A stretch of DNA of 64,000 bases from assembly GCA_965203465.1 (NCBI GenBank), contig CBDBCR010000003.1, positions 736,001 through 800,000 on the forward strand, in the 5' to 3' direction. The notes beneath the pieces are model-generated. The model saw only the letters and a list, made by a program, of their open reading frames with translations. It ran no database searches and had not been told where the DNA came from. Below, one piece after another: positions 19,156 through 28,899 of this stretch (position 1 is its first letter; each line of letters begins with the position of its first letter). Position numbers and translations under genes: made by a program. Origin of the DNA: Nitrosopumilaceae archaeon. GTDB lineage: Archaea > Thermoproteota > Nitrososphaeria > Nitrososphaerales > Nitrosopumilaceae.

Positions 19156-19711
19156 GGTGCGCAGGAAAAAAGGCCCTATTAAAAAGTGCGCGCGTGGCGG
19201 CAACAGCTGGCACTGCCCAATTCGCAGGACAGGCTCGGTTTTGCCGCGATCTGGGCCTTAAATAGTGGCGGACGGCCGGCTCGGAATAGCGTTCGCGAGC
19301 ACGGTGCCGAAGCTGTGCGGCGAACCCGAGGCGGCCGCCGAGGCCATCATGCACTGGCGCAACATGTCCCGCAGAGGCGGCGCTCGCGGCCGGCGGCTCC
19401 CCGACCGATCCTGTACGCGGTCGTGTCAAAGGCAGGGAAAAGTGCAACCCGGGCGAGAAGCTCAGGGCCTGAAGCCACGGCACTCCCGCCAGGCCGCTAT
19501 CGGAGTGCGCCTCCTAGCCCGGTACTGGTACTGCGCGTTCAGGCCCGCGCCCCGCGCCGTAGCAGGAATTATAACCGCCGCACGGGGCCTCACGCCTGCA
19601 TGGCTGGGCTGAAAGAGCGCGCAAAGCCGCCCGCCGAACGCGCGGGGCCGCCCGGATCGAGCATGTCCGGGATCGTGTGGGACGGAGGCGCCGATCGCGC
19701 GGCGCCGTGCG

Positions 19712-19765
19712 CTAGAACAGTCGATCTAGAACAGTCGATCTAGAACAGTCGATACCGAACAGTCG
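19712..19765 (+). repeat. 14-bp tandem repeat (CTAGAACAGTCGAT), 3 copies plus a degenerate copy
   Basis: Counted directly. About 65 bp upstream of the type IIG-like gene. Confidence 0.9.
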
Positions 19766-19828
19766 CCCCCTTTTACTGCGCCGCGATCACGGCGGCCGCG
19801 GCGATTCCGCCCAATATTTGTCGTCCGG

Positions 19829-22240
19829 GTGGGCCCCCTGACGGGCCGAGCCGAGCCCGCGGGCGCCGCGGCCCGCAGGCTCCTCAACCCGCCCTCGAAA
19901 AAAGAGGCCGACCGCCGGGCGTACATCAGGGCCTGGCTGGATTCCATCGGCGTGCCCGAATCTTCGATACGGGCAGAGTACCACACGAAGGCGGGCCCCA
20001 TAGATCTCTACCTCACGAACAGGCGGGTCATCATCGAAGTGAAGCAGAGCGGCGCCTCGACGGCGGCCCGGACCGGCCCGGCACCGGATCCAAGACGAAC
20101 GAGACGGCCTTTGAGCAGCTGGACAGGTACGTGCGGGCAGAGCGCCTGAGGGAGCGCCTGTACCTAGAGGACGGCATAACCGACTCGACGTGGCTTGGCG
20201 CCGTGACGGACGGCGCGGTATGGTACGTCTGGGAGTGGGATCCGCAGCCGTCGGAGATCGAGGGCGCGCCGCGGCCCGTGCGGATGTGGCAGGGGCAGGG
20301 GCTCAATTCGGGCAACCTGGGCAGGCTCGCGGGCCTGTTCGACAGGGAGTCGGTGGGCAGGGAATGGGCCACCCCGGACATGTCGCACGCGTTCTCGGAC
20401 ATACTGGAGAGCATGCACGAGCGCTACGGCCAGCTGAGGGGAACCGGGTCCGTCAGGACGCAGCGCGGCCTGTGGCTGGAGCAGCTGAAGGGCGGCGGGA
20501 ACTCGCCGGAGGGCGAGGAGGGCAGGCTATTCGTGCTCCATTCGCTGCTCATACTGATCTCCAAGCTGATTTCGTCGGAGACCGATCCGCGCGAGGGTTT
20601 CGTGCAGTGGGTCCCGGACTCCGAGATAGGCAGGCTGGCCGAGATTATATGCTCGGAAATAATAGACGACGGGTTCATAGAGGAGCAGATACGCAAGTTC
20701 GAGTCGGGCGGGGCTGTCTCGGGGGTGCTCGATCCGGCGTGCGGGTCCGGCACGTTCCTGTACCACGCCGCCAGGCGCGTCATGGAGTCCGGGCCGGTCC
20801 GCGCGTCGTACTTGGGCAGGGAAAAGATCGCCGCCCTGGTCTGCCGGATGATCCGCGGGATGGACATACACCCGGTGGCCGTGGAGATGGCCAAAGCGAA
20901 CATGCGCAGGCTGCTCCCGCGGGCCAGCCACGGAGACGTCATCGTGTACCAGGGGGACGCCCTGCTGACCCCGCGCCCGGAAGCCGCGCTCTTCGGCTAC
21001 TCCGGCAGCGCCCTCCCGCTCAGCTCGCCCAAGGGCCTGCACCTGGTGCTCCCCGGGTGGTTCGTGCTATCGGACAGCGGGGACATATCGAGGTTCGTAG
21101 AATCCGCGTGCGACGACACGGCCATGCCCCCCTCGCTCGGCGTGGACGTGCGGGGCTACGATCGGGGGCAGCTGGCCTGCGCGCACGATCAGTTGCGGAA
21201 AATAGTCCGGGAAGAGTCCGACGGGGTCTGGTTCTGGTACATACTCAACCAGGCCGGCCCCATGAGGCTACGCGGCACGATAGGCAGGACGGTGTCCAAC
21301 CCGCCGTGGGTCTCGTACGACAAGATCCAAGAGGCGCGCAGAAAGGAGGAGATCAGGAGGATGGCCGAAGAGCGCCGCCTGTGGGTGGGCGGCAAGAACA
21401 ACAGGTTCGACCTGGCCGCGCTCTTCGTGGACAGGTGCCCCGAGCTGTACGAAACGGCCGGGGCCAAGTCCGCGTGGGTGCTCCCCCGAAGCGCTATGCG
21501 CGCCGACACGTGGAAGGGCCTGCGCGACAAGGCCGGCAAAAAGATGTCCGGCTCGTGGGATTTGGGGAACCTGCCGTTCAGCACCAATTCGTGCGTCGTG
21601 TTTTTCGGGCACAAGACCAGGGACAGAAAACTCTCGAGGACCGGCGGAAAACTGCGGGCCAGCGATTCTTGGGAAGCGGTTTCCGGAAAGACGGAGTGGT
21701 CAAAGGCCGGCGCGTCCTTTGCCGAAAGGTGCTCCGAATGGACGGACGGGAGGGGCAGGAATCTCGCCAGAAAGGGCGCCTCGATAATACCGCACTGCCT
21801 GGTGTGGGCAGGCTCCGTGACGGCGAGCGGGGGCACGGCGCGCGTGAGGACCAAGCCGGCCCGGTGGCCCCCGTGGAGGGATCTGGGGGTGATGGATGGC
21901 GACGTGCCCGAATCGTGGATACGCGACTGCGCGTCCGCCGGCGACCTCGCGCCGTACTCGGTGCCGGGCGTGACGCGGTGCGTGCTGCCCATCGACGGCG
22001 ACGGCTGGGACGCGGGCAGAGGCCGCTTCAGGTTCTGGAGGGACGCGCGGGATCAGTACGCAGCGCACAGGGGCGCGGGCGCCCACACGCCGAAAACGCT
22101 GGAGGCCCGGCTGGACTTCAACGGGGCGATTTTCAAGCAGCTGGGGCGCACCGGCGAGCACGTCGCCTACAACAAGGCCGGCAGCACGCTGTACGCGGCG
22201 AGAATCCCGAACAAGAGGATAATACACGACACCCTGTACT
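19829..22240 (+). pseudogene. Type IIG-like fused REase-N6 MTase: frameshifted, apparently internally deleted, 3'-truncated by an IS
   Basis: GPIDLY..IIEVK nuclease motif, frameshift at ~20053, VLDPACGSGTFL, VSNPPW. The usual GxYYTP block is missing. The reading frame runs into the IS end at 22241. Confidence 0.82.
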
Positions 22241-22268
22241 GGAAGCATGTAATCTCCGTCAGTTGTGC

Positions 22269-22463
22269 CTAGCGCTGGCCCTTGGCGGCGGTTACCTCTA
22301 TTTTGCCGCGCACGATCCTGTACGTTATGCGGGAGGGGCGGCCCAGCCTCTCCATGATCGGCTTCGGGAGGTACCCCTGGCAGCCGCGCGCCTCGTTGTA
22401 GGTGACGCTGACCGTGAACTCGGTTGCGTCCTTTTGCCACTTGGTCAGGTCAATTCTGGGCAC
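22269..22463 (-). CDS. AbrB-like small DNA-binding protein
   Basis: MPRIDLTKWQKDATEFTVSVTYNEARGCQGYLPKPIMERLGRPSRITYRIVRGKIEV; same position relative to tnp as in elements A and C. Confidence 0.7.
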   Translation of the reverse strand: MPRIDLTKWQKDATEFTVSVTYNEARGCQGYLPKPIMERLGRPSRITYRIVRGKIEVTAAKGQR

Positions 22464-22535
22464 GCATTTTGTTAAAAATATTTTGTTCACGTGGTTATAT
22501 GCTAGTCCGACCGGGATTCGGGCACGGACAGGAAA

Positions 22536-23671
22536 ATGGCCGCGCTGAGGCGGGTAGGCGGCGGCGGAAAGCCGGTAAAGAGGGGCGGGTTGGTGCGGCA
22601 CAGCCCCTACCACTATTCGGTCCCGTCCAGCTCTACTAGGCGGAAGCACGCCGTGGTCAGATCGGGCGACTCGTGGCACTGCACGTGCCTTTCGTACGGC
22701 TACCGCCACGGCACCTGCAAGCACATCGCGGCAGTAAAGGCCGCGTTCGACACGGCAGAGCCGGCCGGCGAGCCGTCCGAGCCGGTGGTGGTGCGCCACA
22801 TAGAGCAGGGCACGTGCCCCAAATGCGGCTCGGCCAACTCGAAAAAGGACGGCGTGCGCTACAACAAAAAGTACAAGAACCAGAAATACAAGTGCCGCGA
22901 CTGCGGCAACTGTTTTTCCGGAAACGCCGGGATGGGCAACACCGTGCTTCCGCCAGAACACGTGATCGATGTCATGCAGCTGTCCGCCTCGGGCCTGTCG
23001 TACGCCAAGATAGCGGCGTTCCTAGCCGTAAAAGGCGTGCGCGTGTGCGTAAAAACCGCATGCAATACGGCCCACCGCTTCTCCGAAATCCTGATCGAAT
23101 ACTGCGATCAGCTGCGCCCCCGCGTCTCCGAGGCGCGTGGAGAAGCGACGAAAAGCACGTCAAGTCGCAGGACGGCCCGTCGTGGGCCCACACCGTGATG
23201 GACAACGAGACCAGGTTCGCGCTTGCGGCTATGCTGGCGCCCAAAAAAGGCGAAGGCGACATCTCGGAGGTGTTCGTGGCCGCGGCCGTGCGGGCCGGCA
23301 AGGTCCCCCACATGCTGATCTCGGACGCGTCCAAGTCTATACACGCGGCGTGGAAAAAGTGCTACCGGGCGCGCACCAAGCTGCAGAAGAGCACCGCGCA
23401 CGCGTCGAGCGTCCACCTTGCCGGCAACATGAACAACAACATGATGGAGAGGTTCAACCGCGAGCTCGGCGAGCGCGTGCACGGCGCGCGGTTCGTCTCG
23501 GAACGGGCGGTCGTCGCCATGGTGGAGCGCGCCCGCCTGTTCTACAACTTTTTCCACAAGCACTCGGGCCTGGGCGACAGGACGCCGGCCGAGGCGGCCG
23601 GCATCGTCGTCGAGGGCGACAAGTGGACCACGCTGCTGCGCAACGCGCACGCCTGGAAGCTGGCCGGGTGA
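22536..23671 (+). pseudogene. SWIM + Zn-ribbon IS6-like DDE transposase, frameshifted at ~23135
   Basis: WHCTC..CKH (SWIM), CPKCGS..YKCRDC, WRSDEK, LISD, NNNMMERFN, RTPAEAAGI; 2-bp insertion in GAGGCGCGTGG. Confidence 0.88.
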
Positions 23672-23860
23672 CCGGCGGGCGCGGCGCGGGCGGCCTGAAT
23701 CCGTGCGGGTTTGCGCGCGCGCAGGCCGCTCCGGCGGCTTCCCGGCCCGCTCGGGGCGCGGTTTTCTGGATCATGACGGCATCCGCAGGACGGTCTTGCG
23801 CCCGATCTGTCCGGGTAGATCCCGCTCAGTCAATCTAGCAGACGAATACTACATGCTTCC

Positions 23861-24051
23861 CCCACCACGTGCTCGAACCTGCTGGTCGTGGCGCCCGGGT
23901 ACGTCATGTACGCCATGGAGTTCTGCCGCACCCTGTGTAGCCTCACAAAGAGCGGCAGTTGGATCAGATCGTATTCTGCGCAGGTCATCGGCACGTATCC
24001 GTGGACCGGATCCTTGATCACCCGCGCAGTCTCGATCTTGGTGATTTGCAC
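23861..24051 (-). pseudogene. N-terminal fragment of an HD-domain (dNTP triphosphohydrolase-like) protein truncated by element B
   Basis: IKDPVHGY..LIQLPLFVRLHRVRQ..YPGATTSRFEHVVG, followed directly by IS sequence. Confidence 0.85.
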
Positions 24052-24217
24052 GGCGCGTTTGCCGCGCGTTCTGTAATAAGTGTAGATCTGGTCCATAGTA
24101 CCGAAAACCGACCGCCGGGCGGACTTGGCCGTTCCGGCGGGCACGGAGAATTTTGCCTAGCCCGCCACACGCCATGCAAGCGCGGTGCAGTCTTCCACGA
24201 TCGGTAGAATAGACGGC

Positions 24218-27200
24218 CTACCGTTTCTTCCGTTTGGCGATGGTATCCGAGAGGCGCTCGACGACCTCGTCCTTTCTGGATCCAAGACCCAGCACGTCAA
24301 ACACCGCCCCGTCCAGCCTGTCTTGATCCAGCGTCTTGCAGTACGACTTCCACGCCTTGGCCATTTGGTTCCTGCCCGCCGCGTCCAAGACCGCCATGTC
24401 GGGCACCTGCATCATCGCATAGTCTTCGACCTGCATCTTCAACGCGCCCCCTCCCATGGGGTGACCCACGACTTCCATGTGAAGCGAAAACATCGACGAC
24501 CGGATGTATGCGAGAAGAGGGTGCAGGTGCGTGCTGTCGCGGGCCTCGAAACAGACCCAGGTATCCAGCGCGCCGAACCTGGTGGTGCCGACTCCGTCTC
24601 CGTTTTCGACCACCTTGTGCCTGTCGTTGCTGATGGCGCTCAAAAACGCATCCGGCGTCCCCCGCGTGTTCATGTAAAACCAGAACCGCTTTTTCCTGAG
24701 AGTCGGCGATTCTGCCGGTATCTTGCCAGACCCGTCGGGGAACTTTCTGGTCTCGCCTTCCCTGATGTACCTGATCAGTCCTTTTGCGTCCTTGTCGCGC
24801 AGGAGATCGGCCATTGGCGAAGTCACTGCCAGAATGTACTTGCCCGCGTCGCTGTTGCGCACTTTTCCGCTTATCGTCGACTTGGGCAGCAGGACGGGAT
24901 GGAGGAACTTTTCGTGTATGCCGTACTCTTCAATTGTGTCGGCGCCAATCACAAAGTAGCTGTTAAATTTGGTAGATACGCCGCTGAACAACTTGCCCGT
25001 CTTGCCGAGCGCGGACATTTTCACCGCGGGTTCGGGTACGGCATCCATGAAGTGTACTGCCCACTTTTCGTCCCCGAACTCGTTCTGGCCCTTTTTCTTG
25101 TATGCAAGGTTTGAAAACAGGCCTCCCTCGTTCACGGCCGCGTATCTGACGACGTTGTTTCTGCTCCTCCCCTTCGTCAGTATCGTGATCACCGTCTTTA
25201 CGTCTATGTTCTTGAACACGTTGTAGTCCGGCTTTAGCATGACGTTGATGTCGCAGTTGTCCGCGAGCATTCTCTTGAGGGACTTGCCGTACGAGAAGCT
25301 CATCCAGCTGTCGCTCACGATGAACCCCAGCCTCCCGCCTGCCTTTAGCCAGTTCAGCGAATGGTAGTAAAAGTACGACGACTTGTCGGCCTTCTTGTCT
25401 ACGAGTCCCGCGCCTTTCAGCGTGTTGTTTCTGGGCAGCTGCATGCAGTCCTTGTCGGAGAGCCGCTCCTGCCTCACGTACGGCGGGTTTCCGATTACGA
25501 CATCAAAGCCGGGCATGACTCCCACCACGTGGTCCTTGTTGGCGCAGACCTGGGGAAAGCCGCGCTCGCCGGCCCAGTCGAACGGACGCTCGCCCCCGGC
25601 GCTGCGCGTCAGGATGGTGTTCCCCCGCCGTATGTTCTTCGACAGATCCGGAAGCTTTCTTCTGCTTCCCGCGATTTTGAAGAACATCGCAATCCTCGAT
25701 ATTTCGACGGACTGCTCGTTTATGTCGATGCCGAATATGCATTCCTCGATTATTTTTCTGGCCACGCTCTGTTCAAACGCCATCCCGAACGTCTCGTTTT
25801 TTGACGCGGCCCCCTTCTTGCCGCCCAATTCGACCTCGTACGCGCCCGCGTCTTTCTTCTGCTCCAGTATCTCGTTGTGCACGTCGAGCAACACGTCGAC
25901 GGCCTTCACCAAAAACGCGCCGGAGCCGCAAGCCGGATCGAGTATCCTTATCGACCTCAGTCTTTCCTCGAGTGCGCCCAATTCTCCGTCGTACTGCTCT
26001 ATGAGATCGCGGGTGCTCGTGGTGTCGGGTTTTCTCGCCAGGTACGGGATTATGGTCTGCCTGCACACATAGTCCGTGACGTACGGAGGCGTGTAGTACA
26101 CACCCATCTTCTTCCTCTCGGACGCGTCCGCATCCATGAGCCTGTCAAGATCGTCGAGCGACTGTTCGAATATGTGGCCGAGTATGTTTACGGTCAAATC
26201 TGACTCGAAATCATACCGCAGCATCGAAAGCACGCCGGTTATGATCGGGCTGAGGTTCTTTTCAAGTACGTCGATCTGATCTTTGGCGTACTTGAGTTCC
26301 TTTTCCGCGGTGTTCGGAAAGTACTCCTTGGGCCGCATGTCCAGGAACTGTGCTTTGACAGGCCACGACTTTGTGAACAGGCCTCCGTTGAACGCGAAAA
26401 CGTCCGGGTTTTTGTGTCCCTCCGCGAACCACCTGAACACCTTGTCCATGGCGTTGAAGACCACGCTGGTCGAGCCGTCGATCTTTTTGTTCCCGATGCT
26501 TTTCTTGATCTGATCGTACAGCAGGCGTCTGCCTACATAATCGTTGGATTCTGCGAACATCACGAAGATCAGGCGGTTCAAGAATGACTGCGCCTGGTCT
26601 ACGGCGGTGCTTCGGTCCACGCAACCCTCGAACTCTTTTACGAGCATGAGGCGCGTTCGGTGGAATATGTCGTAGAATTCCTCCTCGAGATCCTTCTCGA
26701 TCTCGTCCGCCGTCGCCCGGGTCGCTTCCAGCGAATTTTCGCCGATCATGTGCGCCTTTGAGAATATCCAGACGAACTCCTTCAGCCGGTATTCGCTGTC
26801 CCGTATGGACGAGAATTCGAACTCGTAATGCTGGCACCGGCCGACATCGTACTTGAACAGGATGAATTTGTCATAGTCGGTCACGATCCCGTACTTTGGT
26901 ATGATCTCCGACATGTACCACCACAGCTGGCCGACGGCTCCGTTCTTGTTCTGTGGCGTAGGCTTCCACAGGTCCGTGCCTTGTCCCTTGGCTTCTATGC
27001 AGACGGCTGTTTTTCCGTCCGGACCGGCAATCTGGAACTCGATGTCGTTCTGCTGGAACTTTACGTCGTCCGTCAGCGAATAACCCAGCACGCCCTCGAG
27101 TATGATTTTCTGGAAATTCGTGTAGTTCAACTCCTCCTTTTTCAACTTGCCCCTCTCGAGCATGTCCAGCCACTTGTCTTTGGCCTTCTTGGCGGCCCTG

Positions 27201-27277
27201 TCCAACGCGACGTTTTCAGACAGTTTTCTGATCGCCCTGCGATTCAGCAGCGTGTTTTGCGACGCCACCGCGATCAC
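24218..27277 (-). CDS. Type IIG (Eco57I-like) fused restriction-modification enzyme
   Basis: CIEAKG, ILGHIFEQSL, RKKMGVYYTP, ILDPACGSGAFL, DVVIGNPPYVRQE, C-terminal specificity region; intact, 1019 aa. Confidence 0.92.
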   Translation of the reverse strand: MIAVASQNTLLNRRAIRKLSENVALDRAAKKAKDKWLDMLERGKLKKEELNYTNFQKIILEGVLGYSLTDDVKFQQNDIEFQIAGPDGKTAVCIEAKGQGTDLWKPTPQNKNGAVGQLWWYMSEIIPKYGIVTDYDKFILFKYDVGRCQHYEFEFSSIRDSEYRLKEFVWIFSKAHMIGENSLEATRATADEIEKDLEEEFYDIFHRTRLMLVKEFEGCVDRSTAVDQAQSFLNRLIFVMFAESNDYVGRRLLYDQIKKSIGNKKIDGSTSVVFNAMDKVFRWFAEGHKNPDVFAFNGGLFTKSWPVKAQFLDMRPKEYFPNTAEKELKYAKDQIDVLEKNLSPIITGVLSMLRYDFESDLTVNILGHIFEQSLDDLDRLMDADASERKKMGVYYTPPYVTDYVCRQTIIPYLARKPDTTSTRDLIEQYDGELGALEERLRSIRILDPACGSGAFLVKAVDVLLDVHNEILEQKKDAGAYEVELGGKKGAASKNETFGMAFEQSVARKIIEECIFGIDINEQSVEISRIAMFFKIAGSRRKLPDLSKNIRRGNTILTRSAGGERPFDWAGERGFPQVCANKDHVVGVMPGFDVVIGNPPYVRQERLSDKDCMQLPRNNTLKGAGLVDKKADKSSYFYYHSLNWLKAGGRLGFIVSDSWMSFSYGKSLKRMLADNCDINVMLKPDYNVFKNIDVKTVITILTKGRSRNNVVRYAAVNEGGLFSNLAYKKKGQNEFGDEKWAVHFMDAVPEPAVKMSALGKTGKLFSGVSTKFNSYFVIGADTIEEYGIHEKFLHPVLLPKSTISGKVRNSDAGKYILAVTSPMADLLRDKDAKGLIRYIREGETRKFPDGSGKIPAESPTLRKKRFWFYMNTRGTPDAFLSAISNDRHKVVENGDGVGTTRFGALDTWVCFEARDSTHLHPLLAYIRSSMFSLHMEVVGHPMGGGALKMQVEDYAMMQVPDMAVLDAAGRNQMAKAWKSYCKTLDQDRLDGAVFDVLGLGSRKDEVVERLSDTIAKRKKR

Positions 27278-27334
27278 CAGATCCCGCCGTGCGGAACTGC
27301 CCGCACTACAAATATGGAGGAGGAATCTGGTTCG

Positions 27335-28243
27335 TTACGGTGTTCGCGTTGATTTAGCCAACGGTTCCGCGGCGCGGCCTGTTCCGCGGCGCGGCCTGTT
27401 CCGCGGCGCGGCCTGTTCCGCGGCGCGGCCTGTTCCGCGGCGCGGCCTGTTCCGCGGCGCGGCCTGTTCCGCGGCGCGGCCTGTTCCGCGGCGCGGCCTG
27501 TTCCGCGGCGCGGCCTGTTCCGCGGCGCGGCCTGTTCCGCGGCGCGGCCTGTTCCGCGGCGCGGCCTGTTCCGCGGCGCGGCCTGTTCCGCGGCGCGGCC
27601 TGTTCCGCGGCGCGGCCTGTTCCGCGGCGCGGCCTGTTCCGCGGCGCGGCCTGTTCCGCGGCGCGGCCTGTTCCGCGGCGCGGCCTGTTCCGCGGCGCGG
27701 CCTGTTCCGCGGCGCGGCCTGTTCCGCGGCGCGGCCTGTTCCGCGGCGCGGCCTGTTCCGCGGCGCGGCCTGTTCCGCGGCGCGGCCTGTTCCGCGGCGC
27801 GGCCTGTTCCGCGGCGCGGCCTGTTCCGCGGCGCGGCCTGTTCCGCGGCGCGGCCTGTTCCGCGGCGCGGCCTGTTCCGCGGCGCGGCCTGTTCCGCGGC
27901 GCGGCCTGTTCCGCGGCGCGGCCTGTTCCGCGGCGCGGCCTGTTCCGCGGCGCGGCCTTAGGCCTGACGACGCCGCCCCGTCAGCACGCAATAGAAACGT
28001 CGCGGCTTGACGCGGTTGTTGATTCATGCCAACTGACTTCATCTCTGAGCGCAGGGCTTTGGCCCTGCCGCGCAGCGCCCGCGCGCGCTCTTCAAGATCG
28101 CGTATTTCCGCATTGAGCGCTTTCCGGCGAGTCTCCGGACGCCCTTGCCTGCCGCAGCAAATTTCTTTCTGCCTGCCGTCTTTCGTTGTCAGGTAGTATG
28201 CGTATCGCAGTCCCCCCCTGGCGCGTACCACGTGCCTGCCCAT
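27335..28243 (-). CDS. Small basic protein (YxY..GxxKE..G beta-hairpin DNA-binding-like domain plus coiled coil) whose 3' end runs through the 17-mer array
   Basis: MGRHVVRARGGLRYAYYLTTKDGRQKEICCGR..EIRDLEERARAL resembles SSV1 integrase N-terminal/DUF6788-like domains. TATA-like TTTTTAA upstream. Confidence 0.5.
   Translation of the reverse strand: MGRHVVRARGGLRYAYYLTTKDGRQKEICCGRQGRPETRRKALNAEIRDLEERARALRGRAKALRSEMKSVGMNQQPRQAATFLLRADGAASSGLRPRRGTGRAAEQAAPRNRPRRGTGRAAEQAAPRNRPRRGTGRAAEQAAPRNRPRRGTGRAAEQAAPRNRPRRGTGRAAEQAAPRNRPRRGTGRAAEQAAPRNRPRRGTGRAAEQAAPRNRPRRGTGRAAEQAAPRNRPRRGTGRAAEQAAPRNRPRRGTGRAAEQAAPRNRPRRGTGRAAEQAAPRNRPRRGTGRAAEPLAKSTRTP
27364..27958 (+). repeat. 17-bp perfect tandem repeat (GTTCCGCGGCGCGGCCT), 35 copies
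   Basis: 595 bp = 35 x 17, with no spacers or variants seen; 86 bp upstream of the type IIG start. Confidence 0.97.
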
Positions 28244-28292
28244 GGCCGGCCGCCGGATCCCGCCCTTAAAAATCCTATTGTCATAGATTTTA

Positions 28293-28318
28293 TGGCAAAT
28301 GCTTGGATTGATTTGCCA
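28293..28318. promoter_or_regulatory. Inverted repeat TGGCAAAT-N10-ATTTGCCA, candidate operator
   Basis: Perfect 8-bp arms in an AT-rich region 50 bp upstream of ATG 28243. Confidence 0.45.
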
Positions 28319-28899
28319 CGCAAACGGTGGCATGGAGTTGGAAAGTCGCCGACGGGCGGGAGCGAAGGACGGCCGCCCGGGGCGAGCCGATGACCGTAGC
28401 CTGTTATTCTGAGTCCCCGAATCTTTCTTTATTTTCAATATTAAGATCGCGCGGCCCAAGGGGCGATATTGGCCAAAAATTGGTTCCGCCTAACGATCTC
28501 GGGCACGGTTGCGGCCGTAACGGAGGGTACGGAATGCAGGTCACGGCAAAGGTGTACGGCGGCGAGTAATTCGCGTCTGCCGGCCCTGCCGGCCCTTTGC
28601 CGCGGCCGCGCGCGTCCTGCCGGGGAAGATCCGGCCCGTCCCGGGCAGGCGAAAATTGCGCGTTGCCTCGCAGGACATGTTGAGCACGCGCAGAGCCGAC
28701 CGCCGCCTGTCCGTTGCGCCGCTCGAGCGGCAGTGCCGTATGCCGTGCCCGGCCCAGACCCGCATTCGCGCCCCCGAATAAAGGACCGGGGCGATCGGGC
28801 AGGCCGCGCCCAGTCGGCCCCCACCCCGCGAATTGGAGGCAGAGTCGGCTGGACGCCGCCAAACCAGTCTTATAAGAGACGACTCACAGGCCAGGCCCG

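Larger units (their letters stand above)
22241..23860. mobile_element. IS6-like element B (1620 bp): AbrB-like gene plus divergent transposase, no cargo
   Basis: TIRs start GGAAGCATGTA (11/11; 19/24 when extended) at 22241 and end at 23860. Both flanking genes are cut at these ends. No TSD. Confidence 0.85.

Noticed and set aside
23829-23840. GTCAATCTA inside the right end of element B as an IS630 terminus
   Set aside because: Only 9 bp match the IS630 TIR and the terminal part is absent; chance is likely.
27364-27958. 17-mer array as a CRISPR array
   Set aside because: The units are contiguous with no unique spacers, and no cas genes were recognised.
27278-28243. Repeat-dependent translational fusion of the upstream ORF to the type IIG gene
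   Set aside because: An in-frame TAA (27335-27337) lies between the array and the R-M start, so no copy number gives a fusion. The same holds for abrB and the R-M gene in element C (TGA 37044-37046).
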